Shown here: positions 30,705 through 40,378 of the stretch, in pieces
Layout of the letters: each line of letters starts with the position of its first letter
Numbering within the stretch: the stretch's first letter is position 1
Assembly (NCBI GenBank): GCA_902571865.1
Contig: CACGDO010000001.1
Coordinates: forward strand, 82,315-146,314
Origin: an uncultured Alphaproteobacteria bacterium
Lineage (GTDB): Bacteria > Pseudomonadota > Alphaproteobacteria > HIMB59 > GCA-002718135
Direction: 5' to 3'
Length of the DNA: 64,000 nt
Program-made: the position numbers and the translations under genes
Notes under the pieces: model-generated
Databases searched by the model: none
The model's input: the letters and a program-made list of their open reading frames with translations, nothing else
What the model was told of the DNA's origin: nothing

Positions 30705-30756
30705 ATCGTTCAATCTGTCTTAACGGATCGGAAGTAGGCTAAAGCTGAAGGAACGC
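30705..30756 (+). ncRNA. glnA-type glutamine riboswitch aptamer 2 (tandem)
   Basis: Same P1 and junction strings as aptamer 1, with different but pairing P2 (AUCUGU/ACGGAU) and P3 (GGC/GCU). Confidence 0.9.
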
Positions 30757-30884
30757 GGATCTTATTATTAATTTCCATAGCTAAGCATGAATTATAACGG
30801 ATAAGAAAGGTTTGTTATAACTATGGTTAAAAAGTTAGATAATAAAAAGATTATCTATTCAAATCTCAAGAGGTTTACTCCCTA

Positions 30885-32291
30885 ATGTTTAATGAAATGT
30901 ATCAATCTGAATCAGTTATAAGAAATCATTATAACAATATTAATGATTGGTTAGATCAAATGACTTCAAAAGTTATTCTTGAAAAGAATGCTGAAGCTGA
31001 AACTCATTTTAGAAATATTGGAATTACATTTTCTACCAATAACGAAACTGCAAGAGAAAGAATTATTCCGTTTGATTTAATTCCAAGGATATTTACCTAT
31101 ACTGAATGGTTAAGATTAGAAAGAGGAGTAATCCAAAGAGCTAAAGCACTTAATGCGTTTCTTGCTGATATTTATAATCAAGGTGAAATAATAAAAGCTA
31201 GTATAATTCCTAAAGAAATTATTTACAAAAAAAAATCTTTTGAACCTTCCATGTTTGGTTTTTCTCCTCCTAGAGATATCTATAGTCCTATAATTGGTAT
31301 TGATTTAGTAAGAACAAGTCCCAATGATTATTTTGTTTTAGAAGATAATTGTCGAACACCTAGTGGTGTTTCTTACATGCTAGAAAATAGAGAAATAATG
31401 ATGCGAATGTTTCCTGATTTATTTCACAACAACAGAGTAACACCAATAGATGACTACCCAACAAGACTTTTGCAAACCTTGATGAGTTTAGCTCCTATTA
31501 AATGTGAAAATCCAGAACCAGTATGTGTGTTACTTACACCTGGTCCTTTAAATAGCGCTTATTACGAACATAGTTTTTTATCAGATCAAATGGGTATTGA
31601 AATGGTTGAATCAACAGATTTATTTGTTGAAGGAAAATATCTTTATATGAAAACAGTTGATGGTCCAAAAAGAGTAGATGTTGTTTACAGAAGAATAGAT
31701 GACGATTTTTTAGATCCTCTATGTTTTAATCCTCAGTCTGTAATTGGTATTCCAGGAATTATGGATGTTTATAGAACAGGTGGTGTCAATATCTGTTCAG
31801 CTCCTGGAGCAGGCATAGCTGATGACAAAGCAATTTATATTTATGTACCTGAGATGATCAAATTTTATTTAGGCGAACAACCAATCTTAGATAATGTTGA
31901 AACATGGAATTGCGAAAAGGAACAAGAATTAAAATATGTTTTAGATAATATAAATGAACTTGTCGTAAAAGAGGTTGATGGATCTGGAGGTTATGGGATG
32001 TTAATAGGTCCAAAATCTTCTAAATCCTCTATAGATGAATTTAAAACAAAACTCTCAACAAATCCAAAAGGATATATAGCTCAACCTTTACTTGATCTTT
32101 CATTTTCACCAACACTAATCAAAAATCAAGTTGAGGGAAGAAGGGTGGATTTACGTCCATTTTGTTTAATTGGAGAGCAAGCTCAATTAAGTTCTGGTGG
32201 TTTAACTAGAGTTGCAATGAATGAAGGTTCGTTTGTTGTAAATTCTAGCCAAGGAGGTGGTGTGAAAGACACATGGGTTTTGGCTGAGTGA
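30885..32291 (+). CDS. Circularly permuted type 2 ATP-grasp protein
   Basis: IPFDLIPR, GIDLVR, VLEDNCRTPSGVSY, TPGPLNSAYYEH, YRRIDDDFLDPL, SGGYG, DLRPF and NSSQGGGVKDTWV. Confidence 0.93.
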   Translation: MFNEMYQSESVIRNHYNNINDWLDQMTSKVILEKNAEAETHFRNIGITFSTNNETARERIIPFDLIPRIFTYTEWLRLERGVIQRAKALNAFLADIYNQGEIIKASIIPKEIIYKKKSFEPSMFGFSPPRDIYSPIIGIDLVRTSPNDYFVLEDNCRTPSGVSYMLENREIMMRMFPDLFHNNRVTPIDDYPTRLLQTLMSLAPIKCENPEPVCVLLTPGPLNSAYYEHSFLSDQMGIEMVESTDLFVEGKYLYMKTVDGPKRVDVVYRRIDDDFLDPLCFNPQSVIGIPGIMDVYRTGGVNICSAPGAGIADDKAIYIYVPEMIKFYLGEQPILDNVETWNCEKEQELKYVLDNINELVVKEVDGSGGYGMLIGPKSSKSSIDEFKTKLSTNPKGYIAQPLLDLSFSPTLIKNQVEGRRVDLRPFCLIGEQAQLSSGGLTRVAMNEGSFVVNSSQGGGVKDTWVLAE

Positions 32292-32300
32292 GGAATAACA

Positions 32301-33236
32301 ATGTTAAGTAGAACTGCTGAATATCTATATTGGATCAGTCGTTATATGGAAAGAGCTGAAACTACAGCCAGGCTTTTGGATGTTGGTTATAGAATGTCTC
32401 TTTTTCCAAATCCAAGTGGTTATAATAATGAATGGGAATCAGTTTTATCTGCTGCTGGAGCAATTGAGGGATATAAAAATAAATATAATACAATTGAACA
32501 GAAAAATGTGGAAGACTATTTGTTTTTTGATGAAAGTAATCCTTCATCTGTTTACAATTGTATTCTTAATGCACGAAATAACGCACTAGTAGTTAGAACT
32601 TCCTTTACCCCTGAGTCTTGGTTAGCAGTTAATAAAACTTATCAAGAGATGCTAAACTTAAAAGAAAAAAAATTTACAAAATCTGATTTACCTGACCTGA
32701 CTGAGTGGACAATAGAACAAGTAAACTTATTTAGAGGATCATTAAGTTCTTTGCTTAGAAATGATGGTTATAATTTTCTTTTTCTTGGTTTATTTATTGA
32801 GAGGGCTGATAATTCTGCCAGATTACTAGATGTAAAGTATTTTGTTTTATTACCTAAGCCTCAATATATAGGTGGTAATATCGATAATATGCAATGGAGT
32901 ATATTGCTTCGCTCTTTATCTTCTTTTAGAGCATTTAGATGGGCATACGATGGTAATATTACCGCAACTAAAATTGCTGACTTTTTAGTTTTAAATAATA
33001 ATTGTCCTAGATCTTTAAGTTTTTGTATTCAGAATATTGTTAAACATTTAACTAACCTAACATGCAGTCCAGAAAAAGTTGGAAGAATCTATAATAATTT
33101 AAAAGATCTAAATACTAAAATTCAAGAAGAAAAAATAGAAACTATTGTTGAATATGGACTTCATCAATTTGTAACACAATTTATTAGAAAAATATCAAGT
33201 GTTGATAACGAAATACATAAGGAGTTTTTTAATTAA
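32301..33236 (+). CDS. Alpha-E domain protein
   Basis: MLSRTAEYLYWISRYMERAE, IERADNSARLLDVKY and PRSLSFC. Confidence 0.93.
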   Translation: MLSRTAEYLYWISRYMERAETTARLLDVGYRMSLFPNPSGYNNEWESVLSAAGAIEGYKNKYNTIEQKNVEDYLFFDESNPSSVYNCILNARNNALVVRTSFTPESWLAVNKTYQEMLNLKEKKFTKSDLPDLTEWTIEQVNLFRGSLSSLLRNDGYNFLFLGLFIERADNSARLLDVKYFVLLPKPQYIGGNIDNMQWSILLRSLSSFRAFRWAYDGNITATKIADFLVLNNNCPRSLSFCIQNIVKHLTNLTCSPEKVGRIYNNLKDLNTKIQEEKIETIVEYGLHQFVTQFIRKISSVDNEIHKEFFN

Positions 33237-33237
33237 T

Positions 33238-34077
33238 ATGGAACTAATAATCGAACACACAACTAAGTATGAATATAAAAATCCAGTTGCGGGATTAATT
33301 CAAACCACTAAACTGCATCCTTCAGAATATAATGGTCTTAAAATTTTAGAGTGGAATGTCCATAACGACTCAGCCAAAAAATCAAAAATTTATCAGGATG
33401 GTGAGGCTAATAATATTCAAAGTTTTACAAATACAAACAAGGTGAAAAAAATACAATTTACAGTTCTTGGAAAAGTTGAAACATTTGATACAAAAGGAAT
33501 TTACCAGAGTTCTTCTGATAAAATAGATCCTTTAGTTTACTTAAGAGAATCAAATTTAACAAAAGCAAATGTGGATATAAAAAATTTAGCTATTGAAGCT
33601 AAAAATGGTTTTAATGAAAATGAAAATCTAGAAATATCTCATAATCTGATGAATCTAGTAGCTGAAAAAATTGAATACAAACCTTTAACGACAAATAATC
33701 AAACAACAGCCATTGAAGCATTTAATCAGAAAAAGGGAGTCTGTCAGGATCAAGCACATATTATGATTGCCGCAGCAAAAACTTTAGGAATACCTGCTAG
33801 ATACGTAAATGGTTATATGCATAACAATTCGCATTCTTCAGAATTTCAATCTACACATGCATGGGCAGAATTTTATATAAATGACTTAGGTTGGGTGGGA
33901 TTTGATCCTACAAATAAGTGCAGTCCAGATGAAAGATATGTACGTGTTTCTTGTGGACTTGATGCAAGTTACGCATCACCTATTAAAGGTGTTTTTTATG
34001 GAAATATTAATAATGATGCTGTGATAGAAAACTTAGATATTCATGTACAGACATTGGAAAATAATTCTCAACAATAA
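33238..34077 (+). CDS. Transglutaminase-like protein
   Basis: Triad GVCQD (C), HAWAE (H) and GFDPTN (D). ATG at 33238. Confidence 0.92.
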   Translation: MELIIEHTTKYEYKNPVAGLIQTTKLHPSEYNGLKILEWNVHNDSAKKSKIYQDGEANNIQSFTNTNKVKKIQFTVLGKVETFDTKGIYQSSSDKIDPLVYLRESNLTKANVDIKNLAIEAKNGFNENENLEISHNLMNLVAEKIEYKPLTTNNQTTAIEAFNQKKGVCQDQAHIMIAAAKTLGIPARYVNGYMHNNSHSSEFQSTHAWAEFYINDLGWVGFDPTNKCSPDERYVRVSCGLDASYASPIKGVFYGNINNDAVIENLDIHVQTLENNSQQ

Positions 34078-34131
34078 TTTGTTTGAAATATTTTCTTAAC
34101 TTACTAGTATTATTTTTAAAAAGGAGGAAAT

Positions 34132-34494
34132 ATGTTTCAAAATAAAAAACAACTTCAGTATTTATGGATTTTTAAACCTGAACTTAATGATATTGCAAAA
34201 AGAATTGCAGAAGATCATACAAAATGGATGAAGGAAACACATACAAAAGAAGGTGATAAAGCACTTCTAATGTTAAATTGGTCTATAGGACCTGAATTCA
34301 AAGATGGAAATAAAACAGGCAATTTGTCTCTAATCTTAACAGAGCTTTATGAAAGTCAAGCAGGAATAGATAATCATTTTGAGCAAGCACAAAAAAATGG
34401 CGCATCTTTTAGAGATGATTTTAGTGATTTTGAAAGTAAATGTGAGAATTTAGTAAAAATTAATAGTTCAGATATTATCCATTCAATGTGGTAA
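34132..34494 (+). CDS. Hypothetical protein (120 aa)
   Basis: Strong AAGGAGG RBS; soluble alpha/beta-like sequence. Confidence 0.8.
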   Translation: MFQNKKQLQYLWIFKPELNDIAKRIAEDHTKWMKETHTKEGDKALLMLNWSIGPEFKDGNKTGNLSLILTELYESQAGIDNHFEQAQKNGASFRDDFSDFESKCENLVKINSSDIIHSMW

Positions 34495-34605
34495 GATTAA
34501 TTTTCAAACTCTAATTTATTTTTAAATAGATTTAATAAATCTTATTGTAATATTTAAACTACATATCTAAGTTACATATTATATTTATTTGAATTTATAC
34601 CTATT

Positions 34606-35004
34606 ATGGAAATTGAAAAAATTTTTAAAAATTTAATTTTAGCAGACTTTATTGTTGTAATTTTAATGGTTATATCTGCAATGTATCAACCTTCTGAAAT
34701 TTCAAATCTTTATGAAAATTTAAATGATGGTTTACTATCAAATTTTGAAAATTTTTCTCGAATAGTATCGATTAGTTTATTTTTTTTATATTTATTTACT
34801 TTAAATCTACTTTATCGATTTATTTCTTATGGCAAATCGCTGTATTTATTTTTAGTAGTAGCTGGCATAGTTCTAAATTATTTTAGTGGTTCTGTTATTT
34901 ATACTGCTTTTAGTGGTATGCTTGATCAAATTGGTGGATTGCTAAGTGGTGCAATTTTAATTCTTTTATATTTTTCTCCAATAAAAGATAATTTTAAACG
35001 ATAA
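34606..35004 (+). CDS. Hypothetical membrane protein
   Basis: Four hydrophobic segments. Confidence 0.7.
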   Translation: MEIEKIFKNLILADFIVVILMVISAMYQPSEISNLYENLNDGLLSNFENFSRIVSISLFFLYLFTLNLLYRFISYGKSLYLFLVVAGIVLNYFSGSVIYTAFSGMLDQIGGLLSGAILILLYFSPIKDNFKR

Positions 35005-35112
35005 ATAACTGAGTTTTCTGCAATGAAATCAATATTTATGTATTTTTTATTATAATTAGATAAAGTGTGTAAATAGGTTGGTCAAAACCCTTGTAAAAAA
35101 AAGATCATAAAT

Positions 35113-35511
35113 TTGATTATGGCAAGAACATTAGCTAAAATAGTAATAGGTTTATTAAGTTTATGGGCACTTGTATCCGTAATTGCAGAGATTATGGGGG
35201 TAACTATTTTTTTTCCATTTAACGTAGTTGAAAGACAGGAGATACCTTATCATCGTGTAGCCTCCGTTAGATTAGCTGTATTTCTAACATTTGCATATTT
35301 TGGTATTAGATATTTATTCTTTCAATCTGAAAAATTATTTCCAATACAATTTCTTGATATTTATATAAAAACTCTGACTCTTAGTGGTTTTTTTGTTTTT
35401 TATACGAGTCGAGTTGAGATCAGAGAATATTATTTTGTTTTTTTCTTTTTTATAGTTTCAATTATTTTACATTTTGCATCTAGAAATAAAATAAGAAGTT
35501 ACTTTAATTAA
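35113..35511 (+). CDS. Hypothetical membrane protein
   Basis: Four hydrophobic segments; TTG start or ATG at 35119. Confidence 0.7.
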   Translation: MIMARTLAKIVIGLLSLWALVSVIAEIMGVTIFFPFNVVERQEIPYHRVASVRLAVFLTFAYFGIRYLFFQSEKLFPIQFLDIYIKTLTLSGFFVFYTSRVEIREYYFVFFFFIVSIILHFASRNKIRSYFN

Positions 35512-35512
35512 A

Positions 35513-35536
35513 ACAAGCGGTTATTACACCGCTTGT
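35513..35536. terminator. Likely bidirectional terminator hairpin between convergent genes
   Basis: ACAAGCGG-ttattaca-CCGCTTGT, a perfect 8-bp stem. Confidence 0.75.
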
Positions 35537-35542
35537 AATTTA

Positions 35543-35974
35543 TTAGTAACCTTCAAATATTGTTCTAAGAATTATTAATACGAGTCCAACTAATGGAAAC
35601 ATAACTCCCCTTATATTTGGTGTAATTCCATAATTATTTACAAGATTAAAATATCTAACTGCTGAGCTAATTAAAGCTATAGCCATAAGCATAAATAAAA
35701 ATGAATACCAGAATTTATATTGTACTACATTTTCTTCATAAGTATTTCCAGTTACATCAAAAGTTAACAATATAGACATTAATAACATTGTTAAAAAAAC
35801 GGCACCTAATGGACCTCTAAAAACTAACTTAGGTTCTTCATTTGAAAATCCTAATTCATTAAAAAATTTATCATTAAAATAAAATTGATAGATAATAAAT
35901 AAATTAAAAAGCATAAATAAAACATGGAATGTAAATGCCATTGTTCCTCCAGCTTCTAGTATATATTCAGCCAT
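35543..35974 (-). CDS. Hypothetical membrane protein
   Basis: AAGGAG RBS; four hydrophobic segments. Confidence 0.75.
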   Translation of the reverse strand: MAEYILEAGGTMAFTFHVLFMLFNLFIIYQFYFNDKFFNELGFSNEEPKLVFRGPLGAVFLTMLLMSILLTFDVTGNTYEENVVQYKFWYSFLFMLMAIALISSAVRYFNLVNNYGITPNIRGVMFPLVGLVLIILRTIFEGY

Positions 35975-36046
35975 AAAATCTCCTTTAATATATAATAATA
36001 AAAAAATTGATGATTCTTTATAAAAAAATTATTAAAGTAATTTTTA

Positions 36047-36901
36047 ATGAAAAATATTTTAGTTACCGGTGGTTCAGGTAAGGCTGGAAGAGCGACAATA
36101 AATTTACTATTAAAAAAAAACTATAATGTCTTTAATGTCGATTTAGTTAATAATTCAGAATTAGATGTTCCATTTACCAAAGTTGATTTAGAAAATTTTG
36201 GTGACGCAATGGAGTCAGTATCTGAAATAGATGATCGTATTAATGGAATAGATGCTATAATTCATCAAGCAGCTATTCCTGCTTCGGGCTTAGAAACTAA
36301 TCATAAAACTTTTAGATCTAATACTTTAAGTACTTACAATATTTTTCAATCAGCCAAAGTCTTAAAAATAAATAATATAGTATGGGCTTCAAGTGAGACA
36401 GTTCTAGGTTTACCATTTAACACATATCCTCCATATGTTCCTGTTGATGAAGAATATGACCCACGACCAGAGTCAAGCTATTCACTTTCTAAAGTGATGG
36501 GTGAAGAAATGGCCAGGCAATATTGTAGGAGAAATCCAGAAATGAAAATATTTGGACTTCGCTATTCCAATATAATGGAAGAACATGATTACAAACAATT
36601 TAAATCGTTTCAAAATGATCCATTTTTACGAAAATGGAACTTCTGGGGATACATTGATGCTAGAGACGTAGCACAAGCTTGTCTCTTAGCTATGGAAAGT
36701 AATTTAAAAGGTGCTGATAATTTTATTATAGCTGCAGATGATACTGTTATGTCAGAGGATAATAAATTACTTCTCGATAAAGTATTTCCAAATATTCAAA
36801 TTAAAGGGGATATTGGAAAAAATAAAACATTATTAAGTAACGAGAAAGCAAAAAAAGTATTAGGATTTAAACCAGAATATTCATGGAAGAATATTAATTA
36901 G
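36047..36901 (+). CDS. NAD-dependent epimerase/dehydratase (extended SDR; uronate-dehydrogenase-like)
   Basis: VTGGSGKAG, HQAAIP, WASSETV, YSLSK and DARDVA. Confidence 0.85.
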   Translation: MKNILVTGGSGKAGRATINLLLKKNYNVFNVDLVNNSELDVPFTKVDLENFGDAMESVSEIDDRINGIDAIIHQAAIPASGLETNHKTFRSNTLSTYNIFQSAKVLKINNIVWASSETVLGLPFNTYPPYVPVDEEYDPRPESSYSLSKVMGEEMARQYCRRNPEMKIFGLRYSNIMEEHDYKQFKSFQNDPFLRKWNFWGYIDARDVAQACLLAMESNLKGADNFIIAADDTVMSEDNKLLLDKVFPNIQIKGDIGKNKTLLSNEKAKKVLGFKPEYSWKNIN

Positions 36902-37860
36902 ACTTCCAAAGTCATTAAACCATTTTTATCAAAATTAATTGGAATTGGATTTGATATTTCTCCAATAAAATTACCATCTTGATCATCATGTAAAAAAGCC
37001 ATAAAGAAAAATTTTTTATCTTTTTCAACAACTCTACCAGCATAAAGTTCTATTTCAGAACTTGTTGTTAAATAAGGACCAGGTGCTAAATTCCATGGAC
37101 CTTCAAATTTATCAGCAATTAAATAATGTGTTCCTCTTTTATTTGGCCCATTATAATTTTGCCTAAATTCATTAGACCAATCTTCAGGATGGTTACAAAA
37201 TAAACAATACCATTTATTTTCAACTTTAAATATTTGTGGGACTTCTAACTGACTAAAAAAACCTCCAAATAAAGGTTTAGTAGATCTCCATTCATAAAGA
37301 TCATTTGATTCTGCCATACCGATAACACCACACTGATATGGATCGTTATTGATTGATGCTCTTGCAGTGTAGGCCATTATAAATTTATTTTCATATGGAT
37401 GTTTCATTACCCATGGATCACGCATAGCACGATCTTGCCAATAATTGTCATTCTCTAGTTCCTGGTAAATATTTGTATCTAAATCTAATGCTAATCCATT
37501 TCCACATCTATTAAAAGAATAGGGTGTTTCACCTATTGCATGACCAATTCTTTGTTTGCTTCCATTTTCTTTTTTATTTCTTCCAGTATAAAAGTAGTGC
37601 CACATACTATTATTTTTAATTATAGACCCTGTCCAAGTTGTATAGTCATCAAAATTTTCATTACCAGATGGAGTAAAAACCGTTCCATGATATTTCCAAT
37701 TTATCAAATCTTTTGAGGTAGCTAATCCATGCGTAACATTATTGTGTCTTAGATCAGGATTTTTTAATGATTTATCAGCTTGAAGAAAATAGCAATACCA
37801 TATGTCATTATCTTTGTTTAACCAAAAATCCCAAAGCCATTTTTCTTTTAGTTTAATCAA
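36898..37860 (-). CDS. Clan GH-J glycoside hydrolase (GH32/GH68-like beta-fructofuranosidase)
   Basis: WLWDFW (nucleophile), WTGS, MRDPW and LEVPQ (acid/base). No signal peptide evident. Confidence 0.85.
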   Translation of the reverse strand: MIKLKEKWLWDFWLNKDNDIWYCYFLQADKSLKNPDLRHNNVTHGLATSKDLINWKYHGTVFTPSGNENFDDYTTWTGSIIKNNSMWHYFYTGRNKKENGSKQRIGHAIGETPYSFNRCGNGLALDLDTNIYQELENDNYWQDRAMRDPWVMKHPYENKFIMAYTARASINNDPYQCGVIGMAESNDLYEWRSTKPLFGGFFSQLEVPQIFKVENKWYCLFCNHPEDWSNEFRQNYNGPNKRGTHYLIADKFEGPWNLAPGPYLTTSSEIELYAGRVVEKDKKFFFMAFLHDDQDGNFIGEISNPIPINFDKNGLMTLEV

Positions 37861-37861
37861 T

Positions 37862-39409
37862 TTAATTTAAAGAAACTTCAGCTATAGAAGCAGTATCCTC
37901 CAAATATAAATATAATTTTTCATTATAATAAATCATATCTCTTATTCTTTCACCAATATGAACTCTTTCAATTTTTATATTTTCAGCATTACCTTTTTTT
38001 ACTATATTTGGAGTTAAAAGTTTTTTATTATCGTAATCATATTCAAAAAAATAAAGAGATTCATCCTTCATTGATGCTACTACATAACTATTCTTTTTAT
38101 CTAATCCAACTATTTGAGAAATCCCAATAGATGGATTAAAGTAAATTAAAGGTTCAATAAAATTATATTCAGAGTGAGATTTATGTAGTGGATATTTTAC
38201 ATATTTTTTTTTATTATAAGGTGCGTTTTTTCCTCCATAATGCTCTCCATAAGATGAAATAGCCCAACCATAATTAGGAATTTTATTTGTTTTTAACTCT
38301 ATTAAATTAATTTCATCACCACCTTCAGGTCCATGCTCTGCCTCTAATAAAAAATTATTTTTTGTATTGTAATATAATCCTTGAGGGTTTCTATGACCCA
38401 TACTTACAACTTTGAAATCTTTTGTTTTTTTATTAATCTCGATTATTTTACTAAATATACTATCTTCTTTCTGCGCTCTAAATCTACTTCTAAAATCACC
38501 AGTAGAAAAAAATAGATTTTGATCATCTACATTAATTATTCGTCCTCCAGATTGATGTGCATTAAACTCACCATCAATATTATCATAAAAATGAACACAT
38601 TCATCTGATGTGAAAAGATTTTGAAATATAATAAGTTTTAAATTCATTTTCCCATATAATAAACTTGTATTCCAACAATTTTCTTCTACTTCTCTTGTAT
38701 AAGATACGTAAATTTGATCTTTGTAAATATTTACATCTTTTATTGAGAACCAACCACCTTCTAACCAATCAAAATCATGTACTCTTGATTTTTTAAACTG
38801 GTCTTCACTTATGAATTTACTAATATTTGTTTTAATTTGCTTAAAATCTAAATCATTAGTATTGTTATTAATTTGATTAGAATACGCTAATACACCACTT
38901 GCTGAAATTAAAATTAAATTATTATTATATGTTTCTAAATATCCACTTGCTGGAAATTGATTAGCTATACCATATAATAATATGTTTTTTTGAGGACTAT
39001 ATACTTTAGTCTTGATTTTATTATTTGAAATACTGTGTTCAGTGTTAATTGCATATTCTAAATTCTTATTATTTTTTTTAATTTCTAAATCAAATTCATA
39101 AGGATCAAATTGTTCAAGTATTGTTGTTAATATTTGAGAATTATATTCAGTTTCTAAACTATCATCATATAAATCTTTGTATGCATCTTCAAATAATTCC
39201 TTTTGTACTCTGAATTGATTCCGTTCTTTTTTGAGATCTTTTATTTGAGTTTCTAAATTTGTCGTATTTTTATGAAATAAAATATACTTATAAACAAACT
39301 GATTTAGATTATTATTAATTTGTTTATTTATATATGTGAAATCTAATAAAAAATTAAAAGAAAGAAATATAAATATTAAAATTATAAAAAAATTTCTTAA
39401 AAATTTCAC
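37862..39409 (-). CDS. PQQ-dependent sugar (glucose/sorbosone) dehydrogenase-like, membrane-anchored
   Basis: HQSGGRI, GHRNPQG, EHGPEGGDEIN, NYGW, PSIGIS and RIRD; N-terminal TM plus coiled coil. Confidence 0.82.
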   Translation of the reverse strand: MKFLRNFFIILIFIFLSFNFLLDFTYINKQINNNLNQFVYKYILFHKNTTNLETQIKDLKKERNQFRVQKELFEDAYKDLYDDSLETEYNSQILTTILEQFDPYEFDLEIKKNNKNLEYAINTEHSISNNKIKTKVYSPQKNILLYGIANQFPASGYLETYNNNLILISASGVLAYSNQINNNTNDLDFKQIKTNISKFISEDQFKKSRVHDFDWLEGGWFSIKDVNIYKDQIYVSYTREVEENCWNTSLLYGKMNLKLIIFQNLFTSDECVHFYDNIDGEFNAHQSGGRIINVDDQNLFFSTGDFRSRFRAQKEDSIFSKIIEINKKTKDFKVVSMGHRNPQGLYYNTKNNFLLEAEHGPEGGDEINLIELKTNKIPNYGWAISSYGEHYGGKNAPYNKKKYVKYPLHKSHSEYNFIEPLIYFNPSIGISQIVGLDKKNSYVVASMKDESLYFFEYDYDNKKLLTPNIVKKGNAENIKIERVHIGERIRDMIYYNEKLYLYLEDTASIAEVSLN

Positions 39410-39448
39410 TCAAAAAATCTATCAAAAAAGAAAACTAATTTCAATATT

Positions 39449-40372
39449 TTAATATTTAACTAGGTTTTTTAATTTATTAAAATATAGTAAATTTAATAAA
39501 TTTTGAGAACTAATATAAGCCATTTTTTCTCTTGTCTCAAAAGTAGCACTTCCATTATGAGGAGATAACAAAACATTTTTTAATTTTAAAAAATTATTAT
39601 TAATTTTTGGCTCCATTTCAAAGACATCTAATGCTGCACCACTTATTAAATTTTTATTCAAAGCTTCTAATAAATGAACTTCATTAATTACAGATCCTCT
39701 TGAAACATTTACTATTATAGAAGAAGGTTTCATGAGTTTTAAAATAGTTTTGTTTATTAAGTTTTTTGTTTTTCTTCCACCAATACATGTAATTACCATT
39801 ACATCGATTACAGTGGCCATATCTTTTAAATTTTTGAAATATTTATACTTCAAATTTTTTTTATTTGGGCCATAATAAACAACTTTCATAGAAAGAGATT
39901 TTACTCGTTTAGAAAATGCTCTACCTATTTCACCCATACCAACAATTCCTACTTTTTTGTTTGTAAGGCTAGTTGTCAATTCAAAAGGTTTTTTACTCCA
40001 TTTTTTTTTCAAAATAAAATTATGGGCATCATTTATTCTTCTTAATAAAGACATCATGAGGCCAAGTGCTAAATCAGCAACATCGTCAGTAAGAACTTTA
40101 GGTGTATTTGTTGTAACTATTTTATTATTTTTGCAATAATTCAGATCAACACCATCATACCCAACACCAAATACTGAAACTATTTTTAGATTTTTAAATT
40201 TTTTAAGAAATTTTTTATCAGTTTTAAAACCACCAGTGACAACTATTCCTTGGTATTTATTAAAATCAATTTTACTCTTCAATTTCCATAAGCAATCAAC
40301 ACTGAAATCTTTTTTATAAATATAAACAAAATCTTTTATTAAAATATCAGTGATTAAAATATTGTATTTCAT
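39449..40372 (-). CDS. D-2-hydroxyacid dehydrogenase (glyoxylate/hydroxypyruvate reductase-like)
   Basis: GVGYDG, NTPKVLTDDVAD, GMGEIG, NVSRG, LDVFEMEP and PHNGSAT. Confidence 0.9.
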   Translation of the reverse strand: MKYNILITDILIKDFVYIYKKDFSVDCLWKLKSKIDFNKYQGIVVTGGFKTDKKFLKKFKNLKIVSVFGVGYDGVDLNYCKNNKIVTTNTPKVLTDDVADLALGLMMSLLRRINDAHNFILKKKWSKKPFELTTSLTNKKVGIVGMGEIGRAFSKRVKSLSMKVVYYGPNKKNLKYKYFKNLKDMATVIDVMVITCIGGRKTKNLINKTILKLMKPSSIIVNVSRGSVINEVHLLEALNKNLISGAALDVFEMEPKINNNFLKLKNVLLSPHNGSATFETREKMAYISSQNLLNLLYFNKLKNLVKY

Positions 40373-40378
40373 TAAATA

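Noticed and set aside
30660-30760. Glycine riboswitch reading of the tandem GAAGG repeats
   Set aside because: It lacks the GGAGA and CUCUCAGG elements; all features fit the glnA glutamine motif instead.
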